Shown here piece by piece: positions 40,213 to 48,197 of a stretch of DNA of 64,000 bases. This stretch comes from Gammaproteobacteria bacterium. GTDB lineage: Bacteria > Pseudomonadota > Gammaproteobacteria > Arenicellales > Poriferihabitantaceae. The notes under the pieces were generated by a model. That model was given only the letters and a program-made list of their open reading frames with translations, did not search any database and had not been told where the DNA came from. Position 1 is the stretch's first letter. Each line of letters opens with the position of its first letter. The stretch is taken from NCBI GenBank assembly GCA_024644945.1, contig JAHEGU010000001.1, positions 217,937 through 281,936 of the forward strand, given 5' to 3'. The position numbers and the translations under genes are program-made.

Positions 40213-40938
40213 ATGAGCACCAAAATTGAAAAGAAAATTGTCGGCTACGATGTCGTCAAGTTGGAAGACAAACAGGAATCAGAGCCTGAACAAGTCATCA
40301 AGGAAACGATAGATAGTGACATCCGTGAGCAGGCCAAGATCGTGCAGATGCACGAGAAAGTAGTGCGACCGGAGATGTTAATTGGCAGCACTTATAAAAT
40401 CAAAACCCCAGTATCAGAGCACGCGTTTTATATTACGATCAACGATATGGTGTTGAACCCGGACACGCCTTATGAAAAGCGTCGACCATTCGAAATATTC
40501 ATAAACTCTAAAAACATGGATCATTACCAGTGGATTTCAGGGCTAACCTTGATTATTTCCGCGGTTTTTCGCAAAGGTGGCGATGTCACTTTTCTGGTTA
40601 ACGAATTGCAGAGTGTGTTTGATCCAAAAGGAGGGTATTTTAAAAAGGGCGGTAAGTTTATGCCGTCACTGGTCGCTGAGATCGGTGATGCGATAGAGAA
40701 CCACCTTAAGATGATCGGTATGATTGTCGATCCAGGGCTCGACGAGCATCAACAAAAACTGATCGATGAAAAACGCAAGGAATTCGCGACCCGACAAAAT
40801 GAGAGCACTGAAGCTGCAGCCGACAACAGTGGTTTCCCTGAGGGCGCTGCGCTATGTGGAAAGTGCAACATGAAGGCATCCATTATGATGGACGGTTGCT
40901 TGACCTGTCTGAATTGTGGAGACAGCAAGTGCGGTTAG
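40213..40938 (+). CDS. nrdJb: class II ribonucleotide reductase C-terminal fragment
   Basis: PFEIFINSKNMDHYQWISGLTLIISAVFRKGG continues the NrdJ core. Cys-rich tail CGKCNMKASIMMDGCLTCLNCGDSKCG. It lies 75 nt downstream of nrdJa on the same strand, as in the split Pseudomonas aeruginosa nrdJab. Confidence 0.85.
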   Translation: MSTKIEKKIVGYDVVKLEDKQESEPEQVIKETIDSDIREQAKIVQMHEKVVRPEMLIGSTYKIKTPVSEHAFYITINDMVLNPDTPYEKRRPFEIFINSKNMDHYQWISGLTLIISAVFRKGGDVTFLVNELQSVFDPKGGYFKKGGKFMPSLVAEIGDAIENHLKMIGMIVDPGLDEHQQKLIDEKRKEFATRQNESTEAAADNSGFPEGAALCGKCNMKASIMMDGCLTCLNCGDSKCG

Positions 40939-41022
40939 TCCGCAACATTGATCAACAGCTTCGTTTGAGCACGAATATCAAAACCCCTCAAATTCGATAG
41001 ACAGCTTTTTCGATAGACAGCT

Positions 41023-41277
41023 TTAATTCTGGGTCCTGGCTTCGATGCAAGCTTGGATGTGGTCTGCATTCGTGTAGCGATAACAGTCGTCCAGGCCGCC
41101 TTTGGCATCTTCGATCTGATCGAAACTCGTTTCCTGGTCGTTCTCCTGGTAACGCGCCGTCGTTTTGGCGGGCTCATGCGGCGATTTTAAATAATAATAC
41201 AAACCGTAGCCAGCCGCTGCCAGGATAATCAGTGGAATCAGACTGTCTATTAAGCCTTTTATCTTCATATTCCTCAC
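41023..41277 (-). CDS. hypothetical small membrane-anchored protein
   Basis: 84 aa. N-terminal TM LIDSLIPLIILAAAGYGLYYYL followed by an acidic tail containing two Cys. Confidence 0.4.
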   Translation of the reverse strand: MRNMKIKGLIDSLIPLIILAAAGYGLYYYLKSPHEPAKTTARYQENDQETSFDQIEDAKGGLDDCYRYTNADHIQACIEARTQN

Positions 41278-41350
41278 CCCCGGATGTGGCTAAAGACATC
41301 GTAACACATGCTACAGTGCGTCTAAATTTTAAGTACCCCTCTGTAACATA

Positions 41351-41650
41351 ATGAAACAAATTGCCGGCTTTGCTGTGTTTCTAACCCGTCTTTTGGTCAC
41401 ATCAGTGGTGGCACTTTGTTGCCAGATATTGCTAGTTGTGCAATATCCGGACTATCTACTGCTCATACAGGAGGCGGTAAAACTCGGTTCGAGCATGGTT
41501 TTTGAAACAATAAAACTTGCTTCCAGCTATCGTGTTGCCTATAACTTATTGAACGGCGATGGCATAGTCGTTCACACCATATTCGTTCTACTTGCTTTTA
41601 CAGCGCTATACATCATGTTTTTGCCATTTCGTACGATGCGTCGTAAATAA
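41351..41650 (+). CDS. hypothetical membrane protein
   Basis: 99 aa with two or three hydrophobic helices and a basic C-terminus RTMRRK. No recognisable family. Confidence 0.4.
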   Translation: MKQIAGFAVFLTRLLVTSVVALCCQILLVVQYPDYLLLIQEAVKLGSSMVFETIKLASSYRVAYNLLNGDGIVVHTIFVLLAFTALYIMFLPFRTMRRK

Positions 41651-41801
41651 TAATTTTTGGTGAATGAAATCGACGAAACTATATGTGTTCACTTCTATTG
41701 CGCGTGCAATTGAATAACGTCGCACACCGACATTGAAGCCAGATGTAGTTACTGCGTGATATATTGCGAGCTCACAATCGTGCACACTATATAATGATCC
41801 A

Positions 41802-41915
41802 ATGGAACTTTTTCTTCTTTTGATTCCCGCTGTATTTTTACCTGTTGGACTTAGTATTGCTGGAATATGGTGGTTGTTCTCTGACAATGATGCCGAGAAC
41901 AAAGTCGATGGATGA
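41802..41915 (+). CDS. possible 37-aa hydrophobic micro-protein
   Basis: Manual translation gives MELFLLLIPAVFLPVGLSIAGIWWLFSDNDAENKVDG. TATAAT at 41790-41795 lies only 6 nt before the ATG, so a transcript from it would be nearly leaderless. Confidence 0.25.
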   Translation: MELFLLLIPAVFLPVGLSIAGIWWLFSDNDAENKVDG

Positions 41916-41961
41916 CGACTGGGCCGATGGCGGCATCTAACGGCAGAATGCATAACGGTCG

Positions 41962-42360
41962 GTGAAAGAGATATCACACGGTCAGTGTTTGTGCGGGGAG
42001 CTGCGGTACGAGATAAACGGGCGCCCTTCATGGATTTCTCATTGCCACTGTCTCAGCTGTAGACGCAATACCGGCTGTGCGGTGGTTACCTTCTTAGGAT
42101 ATCCGGCTGAGAAAGTAAAGATTGTTCAGGGCGAACGGGCGATCTACAATTCTTCTCACGGGGTGCGTCGAGGATTTTGCAGCAAGTGTGGTACTCCAAT
42201 TAGCTATGAAGCGGACAGGTATCCAGGGGAAATTCACTTATACATCAGCGCCCTGGATAACCCGGATGACTTTAAGCCCGAACAACATGTTCATTTCGAC
42301 GAGAAAATAGCATGGTTTGATACCAATGATGATCTGCCTCGCAAAGAATCAAGTGGATAA
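41962..42360 (+). CDS. GFA (glutathione-dependent formaldehyde-activating / CENP-V-like) family protein
   Basis: GQCLCGELRYEI, HCHCLSCRR and FCSKCGTP zinc-Cys motifs. GTG start. Confidence 0.85.
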   Translation: MKEISHGQCLCGELRYEINGRPSWISHCHCLSCRRNTGCAVVTFLGYPAEKVKIVQGERAIYNSSHGVRRGFCSKCGTPISYEADRYPGEIHLYISALDNPDDFKPEQHVHFDEKIAWFDTNDDLPRKESSG

Positions 42361-42366
42361 TTTAAA

Positions 42367-42837
42367 TTGGCAAAGGAGCAGTTAAATCAGTTTAAGGCAG
42401 CAGACTCACAATTCGCGGAACGTGTGAAAGATAGCTTTCTCAAGCAAGACGCACTACTCACCATTGGTGCGACCATACAGAAAGTTGAACCTGGTAGCGT
42501 GGAAATCAGTTTTGACTATGACCAGCGTCTGACCCAGCAGCATGGATTTATTCATGCCGGAATACTGTCCACGGTGCTCGACAGTGCATGTGGATATGCG
42601 GCGTACAGTTTAATGCCTGCCGACGCGGGGGTGCTGACTATCGAATTTAAGACCAATCTGCTCTCTCCTGCCAAGGGTGAACGATTTGTTGCCGTGGGCG
42701 AGGTAAAGAAACCGGGCCGGACGATAACTGTAGCCGAAGGGCAAATGTTTGCCTGGGAGGGTGCTCAGGAGAAGCTTATTGCGACCATGACCGGCACACT
42801 GATGACGGTGACCGGTCGAAGCGAAGTCGCAGGTTAA
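42367..42837 (+). CDS. PaaI family (hotdog-fold) thioesterase
   Basis: QQHGFIHAGILSTVLDSACGYAA, GRTITVAEGQMF. TTG start. Convergent 4-nt overlap with the kinase gene. Confidence 0.85.
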   Translation: MAKEQLNQFKAADSQFAERVKDSFLKQDALLTIGATIQKVEPGSVEISFDYDQRLTQQHGFIHAGILSTVLDSACGYAAYSLMPADAGVLTIEFKTNLLSPAKGERFVAVGEVKKPGRTITVAEGQMFAWEGAQEKLIATMTGTLMTVTGRSEVAG

Positions 42838-44306
42838 GGGTTCAACAATCCTGCCTTTTCCAATTCCTGTGCGGTTGGAAATGCCGGTTGGTAAATATAG
42901 GCGTTGATTACACCCAGACTAAGCAGAGCTTCGTAGATCGAGGCGGAACCATCGCACTCGCCACGTCTGATCTGACCCACGCACTCCGACAATTGCTGCC
43001 ACGAACCGGTCCGCAGCAAATTATCCTGGGCCTGGTTGAGAATTGACTCTAATCGCAGTTCTCGTTCCAGTATTCCCAACGCATTGTTTACCATCAGGCC
43101 TGAGAAACGGGTTGAAGGAGAAAGGCCTGGCATTGCCTCCTGCTGCAGAGTCGTGCGAGTAATCGCGGCTAGGTTCCAGCCCCTCGACTGATCTTGTGCA
43201 ACCGGCTCAACCTTTGATATCCGTATTCGCGGGGCAGTCTCTGCACTGGTCCAGGGTGCTTTATGTTGCCAGCGTTCCGGACTGGTTTGGCGCAATATGT
43301 ATAATTCCAGCTGGTCGACTATACGACTGGTAATCGCCATATTGAGTGAAGGCTCTTGCCCGGAAAGGTGGCGCATTCCCTGCTGCAGAGCGATCAACGC
43401 CCATCTCAGATGGGCCATGGTCTCCCAGTACCTTACGCTGTCGTGGTTCACTTTACGCCCCGAGATTTCCTCGTAGCTTTTATAAAAATCCTTGCGCGCT
43501 CCAATTCCGCCCGCCTCCAGATCCGGCCTGCTGAATCGCCAGCACTCGGCACAGAACCAGCCGAGATCCGACATTGGATCGCCATAACCCGCGAACTCCC
43601 AATCGAGAATTGCGGCCAATCCATTTTCATTAACCAGGTAGTTCCCGGTTCGAAAGTCCCGATGCAAAAAAACCTGCTCCTGACAGGGAGGGACATGCGA
43701 TAGCCCCCAGCGCAGGCCCCAGTCCAGTATGGGACGGAACACTGATTTCTGTTCAAGCCAACTGCGCATATTCAAAAGCTCAGCTTCCGCATGGTTTTTC
43801 GTCGAGGTATCGATAAAATCAAGCTCCGTTTGCTCAGGCTCGATACTATGAATCAAGGCCAGCTGACGACCGAGCTCGCAGGTAAGCTGTTGTCGATCCC
43901 CTCCAAGTTGCAAGTCCTTGACCACCTTGGGTCCGAGGCCGACCCCCTCAACATATTCCATGATCGCGAAAGCCTTTCCAGTTACCGTTGGGTCATTACA
44001 AAAACCAAGGGTGGCAGGTACTTTAATACCCAATGATCCGGCTGCCGACATCAATATAAATTCCTGCTCCCGGCTGCGGCTTTCGTCAATAGAGGCAGCA
44101 GCGTCGGTGCGCATTACGAATTTACGCTCGCTGGGTCCCGTGCGAGATTCAACCAAACAATGCAGCAGCCAGTTCTCCTGTATTGCGCCACCTGACAGGC
44201 TATCAATAGATGTGACTTCCACACGAGCCACCCCGAGCCGTGAGGCAATCCACTTGCCTAGCCCCTGTTGTGAAATCTGGTGACTCTGATCTAGTTCCAT
44301 TTCCAA
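42834..44306 (-). CDS. APH/choline-kinase-fold phosphotransferase with unassigned C-terminal extension of about 150 aa
   Basis: Brenner/catalytic loop FLHRDFRTGNYLV, metal-binding ILDWEFAGYGDPMSDLG, N-lobe FVMR. 490 aa. The start overlaps the ACAD stop by 16 nt. Confidence 0.85.
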   Translation of the reverse strand: MEMELDQSHQISQQGLGKWIASRLGVARVEVTSIDSLSGGAIQENWLLHCLVESRTGPSERKFVMRTDAAASIDESRSREQEFILMSAAGSLGIKVPATLGFCNDPTVTGKAFAIMEYVEGVGLGPKVVKDLQLGGDRQQLTCELGRQLALIHSIEPEQTELDFIDTSTKNHAEAELLNMRSWLEQKSVFRPILDWGLRWGLSHVPPCQEQVFLHRDFRTGNYLVNENGLAAILDWEFAGYGDPMSDLGWFCAECWRFSRPDLEAGGIGARKDFYKSYEEISGRKVNHDSVRYWETMAHLRWALIALQQGMRHLSGQEPSLNMAITSRIVDQLELYILRQTSPERWQHKAPWTSAETAPRIRISKVEPVAQDQSRGWNLAAITRTTLQQEAMPGLSPSTRFSGLMVNNALGILERELRLESILNQAQDNLLRTGSWQQLSECVGQIRRGECDGSASIYEALLSLGVINAYIYQPAFPTAQELEKAGLLNP

Positions 44307-45628
44307 AAATCATTGCCTTGTCCTTGGTACAGGTCAGCCAGCACCATGCGATGCACTTCTGATGCACCATCGACCAGTTTTGCTTGCCGCGCGTAGCGAT
44401 AAATCCACTCCAGCACCGTGTCCTTTGAATAGCCCTTGGCGCCACAAAGCTGAATTGCTGTGTCTGCGGATTTGTGCAGCACTTCAGCAACATGGACCTT
44501 AGCCATTGAGATTTCCTTTTTTGCGCGCTCTCCCTGGTCTAGTTTCCATGCGGCATGCATGACCAGCAGGCGCCCGACCTGAATGTTATGCGCCACTTCC
44601 CCTAGTTTCAATTGAACCGATTCCCTTTGTGATAGTCGCACGCCGAAGCCTTCTCGATGATTGACATATTCCGCGGCGATCTCCATACAGCGTTTGGAAA
44701 GACCCAGCCAGCGCATACAGTGTGTCAACCTCGCAGGACCCAAACGAATCTGTGTCAGCTTCAAGCCATCGCCAACCTCCATTAGTCGATGACAGTCCGG
44801 GATCTGCAGTCCATCAAAGCGAAGCTCACAATGTCCTCCATGTTCTTCGGGTCCCATAATTGGTATTCTGCGCACGATTTCCCACCCTGGTTGATCGCGG
44901 TGAAACAGAAATGCGCTGAGTGCTCGACGTTTTTCCTCCGGGTCTGGTTCGGTACGTGCGACTAATATGAAATGCGCTGCATTAGCGGCGCCGGTAATGA
45001 ACCATTTATGGCCGTTGATGATCCATTCACCGCCTTTGCGGGTTGCGCTGGTGCGGATCATGGAAGGGTCCGACCCACCACCCGGAGCGGGTTCGGTCAT
45101 AACAAATGCCGACTGCACTTGACCGTCAATAACAGGTTGCAGCCACCGGTCTTTCTGTTTACTGGAGGCGACTTGTTGTAACACCCGCATATTGCCGTCA
45201 TCCGGCGCCGCGCAATTGAATGTGACAGGGCCGAAAATCGAGCGATTAGCTTCCTCATACATGGCCGCACAAGCCGTCATGGAGAGACCCATCCCGCCAC
45301 GAGCGGTGTCGATTTGGGGCGCCCAAAGACCCGCGTTGCGCGCCTTTTTGCGCAAGCTTGTCAGCGTCTGTATGCGGATGTTTTCATGTTCATCAAAATT
45401 GCCAGGATCAGCTTCAAGCGGGATCAAATATTCAGTGACGAAATCTCGGGTTTTGGCTCTGATTAATTCCGCTTCACTATCCAGGTTGAAATTGATGCCA
45501 GGGGTAGGCGTATTCATGTCGCGAGGTCGAGTCCGAACAGGGTCGCGAATTGTAACCTTTACTAGATTGGTGTGCTGTTGATCTTTGGGTGAGTAATGAG
45601 CTTCGATTTCCGAGAATTCGGAGTTCAA
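44291..45628 (-). CDS. acyl-CoA dehydrogenase, ACAD10/ACAD11-like
   Basis: FVMTEPAPGGGSDPS, WFITGA, LGPARLTHCMRWLG, YARQAKLVDGASEVH (catalytic Glu region). 445 aa. The start overlaps the VWA stop by 4 nt. Confidence 0.9.
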   Translation of the reverse strand: MNSEFSEIEAHYSPKDQQHTNLVKVTIRDPVRTRPRDMNTPTPGINFNLDSEAELIRAKTRDFVTEYLIPLEADPGNFDEHENIRIQTLTSLRKKARNAGLWAPQIDTARGGMGLSMTACAAMYEEANRSIFGPVTFNCAAPDDGNMRVLQQVASSKQKDRWLQPVIDGQVQSAFVMTEPAPGGGSDPSMIRTSATRKGGEWIINGHKWFITGAANAAHFILVARTEPDPEEKRRALSAFLFHRDQPGWEIVRRIPIMGPEEHGGHCELRFDGLQIPDCHRLMEVGDGLKLTQIRLGPARLTHCMRWLGLSKRCMEIAAEYVNHREGFGVRLSQRESVQLKLGEVAHNIQVGRLLVMHAAWKLDQGERAKKEISMAKVHVAEVLHKSADTAIQLCGAKGYSKDTVLEWIYRYARQAKLVDGASEVHRMVLADLYQGQGNDFWKWN

Positions 45629-46776
45629 ATGGCGATGCCGCCAATTTCTCGGATAGTGGCACGAAGCGACTCAACACTGTTGGCAGGCATAAAACGATCA
45701 ACCATGGGCAGCGAGCGTTTGAGCTCGGTTGCATCGAGTGATACGCCTGCTCTCCCTAGCATGGGATTTAGCCAGATAACGCTTCTCGCATTACTGTGTA
45801 AAACTTGGAGCTCATACTCAAGTGACTCATGATGGTCGGTATCGAATCCATCGCTTATGATAAGTACTATGGTTTTCGAGTTTAGCGCCTTCCTCGAAAA
45901 CTCCCGGTTAAAGGTTGCGATTGAGGTCGCAATGCATGTGCCGCCCATCCATAGGTTGTTGCCCGCTTCTAACCGGGTCTGCATGCGAGCAAGAGAAGCT
46001 TCACGAAACATTCGGGTGACCGGAAACAACCTGGTATGAAAAGCAAATACCGAGGAGTCAGGGAAGGTCTTTATCAGGCCGCGGACAAATCGAAATAGGA
46101 GCGGATTGTTCCAAGTCATAGAGTGGGAGACATCGTGCAGAATAACCAGGTGCAGCGGCACCGGCTTACGCTTAGTGAAACGGACACGTGCAGGAAATCC
46201 ACCGGTCGCGAGACTGCCGCGGAGTGTTCGACGAATATCCAGACGCCCTCCTCGGGGCGAAACCACTCGCTTCCTTGAAAGCTGCTTTCGTAACTGGCGA
46301 CCAAGATGCTCTGCAATTAATTCTGCCTCGCGCATCGCTACTTTGTCGCCGAGAAACCGGAAATCCGCCTTACCAACGGATCGATTGCGCCCAGCTCCTG
46401 CGCCATCGACGGGTAGATCGTGCTGACCGTGCTCGGAATCTTGACTGCTGGATCCGGAAATTCCGCTGGCTGTTTTGTGGCGCAACCGAGGGTCGATTCT
46501 GGCCAACAGTTCCTGTTGAGGGTCAGGTATATCCTCAGGGCGCCAAAAAGCCGAGAAGTGTCGATCAAATTGCTGCCAGTCTTCGTAGTTGCGGCAACTC
46601 AGTGCTCGCACACTCGCTTTGATCAGGTCAGGATCTGGGTAGCCGGACTCACTTGCGGTTTTTAGTATGTCGGTGGTTTCCCCGACCCCGATGACATAAC
46701 CCTGTTTTCGAAGGTAACCGATAAAATCGAGTAGGCGGTTACCTGGCGGACTCAGAGTGTTCGCAGTTGTCGTCAC
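45625..46776 (-). CDS. VWA domain protein, CoxE-like
   Basis: N-terminal LLDFIGYLRKQGYVIGVGETTDILK (CoxE-family pattern), MIDAS LHDVSHSM (DxSxS), C-terminal VIWLNPM. The start overlaps the MoxR stop by 4 nt. Confidence 0.85.
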   Translation of the reverse strand: MTTTANTLSPPGNRLLDFIGYLRKQGYVIGVGETTDILKTASESGYPDPDLIKASVRALSCRNYEDWQQFDRHFSAFWRPEDIPDPQQELLARIDPRLRHKTASGISGSSSQDSEHGQHDLPVDGAGAGRNRSVGKADFRFLGDKVAMREAELIAEHLGRQLRKQLSRKRVVSPRGGRLDIRRTLRGSLATGGFPARVRFTKRKPVPLHLVILHDVSHSMTWNNPLLFRFVRGLIKTFPDSSVFAFHTRLFPVTRMFREASLARMQTRLEAGNNLWMGGTCIATSIATFNREFSRKALNSKTIVLIISDGFDTDHHESLEYELQVLHSNARSVIWLNPMLGRAGVSLDATELKRSLPMVDRFMPANSVESLRATIREIGGIAI

Positions 46777-47648
46777 GCGCTTTTTTTAAGCAGCGTCGCC
46801 ATTTGCTCCTGATTAACTGCTTCGAGGTCGTCTCTGGTTTTGAGAAAACATCCTCGGGTCTGAAACAGAGCTTCTACATTATCCTCAAGTTCGGTGATAC
46901 CCAGGCCCTGCAGCGCGGCGCACCAGTCTAATGTTTCAGCAATTCCTGGTGACTTGGCTAGATCCTGCATTCTGAGGGCCTGGATAAAATTAACCACCTG
47001 GGCTGTCATCCTATGGTCGAACTCCGGAACGCGTTGTTCGACGATCGCTATTTCTCGCTCTCGATCCGGGTAGTCCAGATAGTGATAGAGGCAGCGTCGC
47101 CTCAGAGCATCGCTCAACTCCCGGGTTCCGTTTGAGGTCAGAATAACGCGAGGAAAGGAACGCGCTTTGATGGTCCCTAATTCTGGAATTGAAATCTGGA
47201 ACTCCGATAACAATTCGAGCAAAAATGCTTCGAACGCTTCATCCGCCCGATCTATTTCATCGATCAGCAGAATCGGTGGCTCGTCCTGCATTATTGACTG
47301 TAATAGTGGCCTCTCCAGCAGGAACTCCCGATCAAATATATGTGGCGTTTGCTGCTTTATATTTGATTCATGCAGCTTGATCGACAATAACTGTCTACTG
47401 TAATTCCACTCATAAACCGCTGCACTGGTATCCAATCCTTCATAACACTGCAGCCGAATCAGTTTACAGCCCTCAATTTTTGCCATGGTTGTAGCGACTT
47501 CCGTTTTGCCTACGCCGGCTTCTCCTTCGATCAAAAGCGGCCGTTCCAGCTGCTGCATCAATACAATAGTTGTAATTAATGCCGTATCGGCGATATATCC
47601 CGCCTCGGTAAAGCGAGACCGAAGTTCGGATACGGATTGGCTGTTCAT
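46773..47648 (-). CDS. MoxR-class AAA+ ATPase, CoxD-like
   Basis: Walker A IEGEAGVGKTE, Walker B LLIDEIDRADE, sensor region ILTSN. The likely start is MNSQSVSELR (cat 47646-47648) rather than the ORF-track start at 47723. Confidence 0.9.
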   Translation of the reverse strand: MNSQSVSELRSRFTEAGYIADTALITTIVLMQQLERPLLIEGEAGVGKTEVATTMAKIEGCKLIRLQCYEGLDTSAAVYEWNYSRQLLSIKLHESNIKQQTPHIFDREFLLERPLLQSIMQDEPPILLIDEIDRADEAFEAFLLELLSEFQISIPELGTIKARSFPRVILTSNGTRELSDALRRRCLYHYLDYPDREREIAIVEQRVPEFDHRMTAQVVNFIQALRMQDLAKSPGIAETLDWCAALQGLGITELEDNVEALFQTRGCFLKTRDDLEAVNQEQMATLLKKSA

Positions 47649-47792
47649 AAACGACTGACAAGGGGAATATTGCGTGAAGTATAGCGCACCGTCGTTTTCG
47701 GTCAGGCAGCATGGAAGTCTCAATTCAGATCAAATATGCGATAGCGATTGGGTGACACGACTGAGACATATGCAACAATTTTTGACCACTTG

Positions 47793-47871
47793 TGACAATC
47801 ATTGTCAGCCGAATTCTTGCCTCCAAGGGGATAAAACTAAAAATTGTGAGCGCAGCTGATCAGAGTGATCA
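47793..47871. promoter_or_regulatory. two palindromic elements, candidate upstream activator sites for the sigma-54 promoter
   Basis: TGACAAT-C-ATTGTCA is a perfect 7-1-7 palindrome at 47793-47807. TGATCA-GAG-TGATCA lies at 47857-47871. They sit about 160 and about 90 bp upstream of the -24 element and are followed by a very AT-rich stretch (47875-47940) that could bend DNA. Confidence 0.3.
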
Positions 47872-47952
47872 ATAATTACAAATAAATATAAACTAATAAA
47901 AACAACAAGATACGGATATTTATCTAATTTTTTTAAACTGAATGGGAAAGGT

Positions 47953-47967
47953 TGGCACAGCCTTTGC
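47953..47967 (+). promoter_or_regulatory. sigma-54 (RpoN) -24/-12 promoter
   Basis: TGGCACAGCCTTTGC is an exact match to TGGCAC-N5-TTGC (GG-N10-GC spacing). It is intergenic and points away from the divergent MoxR operon. Confidence 0.6.
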
Positions 47968-47978
47968 TTTAAACAAAT

Positions 47979-48101
47979 CAGACAGCAATGCTGGGGGTTG
48001 AGACCAGTACCGAACCATATGTAGAGGTGAAAGTGGTACGTTAGTGGATCGACTCAATACCAGCGGATTAGTCCGCTGGTATTGAGCGATCCCTTTTTTT
48101 T
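47979..48101 (+). ncRNA. candidate sigma-54-dependent small RNA or terminated leader, about 120 nt
   Basis: Bounded by the predicted start about 12 nt after the -12 GC and by a strong intrinsic terminator. The only internal ORF is 11 codons. I recognise no known RNA family. Confidence 0.4.
48047..48101 (+). terminator. rho-independent terminator
   Basis: Perfect 15-bp stem CTCAATACCAGCGGA / TCCGCTGGTATTGAG (48053-48067 / 48072-48086) with loop TTAG. It extends by GATCG/CGATC with one bulge and is followed by CCC plus T8 (48094-48101). There is no T-run on the opposite strand. Confidence 0.8.
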
Positions 48102-48197
48102 CAGCAGGTGGGACCTGGGGGGGTCCCGTTGAATACCGGCTGGATCCCGAAAGGCATTTAGGATCGTCCGTGATGACGATCAACAGGAGACAAAACG

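Noticed and set aside
41606-42031. 141-aa minus-strand ORF spanning the 41651-41961 gap
   Set aside because: It overlaps the ends of two better-supported plus-strand genes, has Arg/Ser/Thr-rich composition, and shows no motifs or Shine-Dalgarno.
47674-47859. 61-aa plus-strand ORF in the MoxR / sigma-54 promoter intergenic region
   Set aside because: It starts inside the extended MoxR ORF, has no ribosome-binding site and has odd composition. The region is better explained as a regulatory sequence containing the two palindromes.
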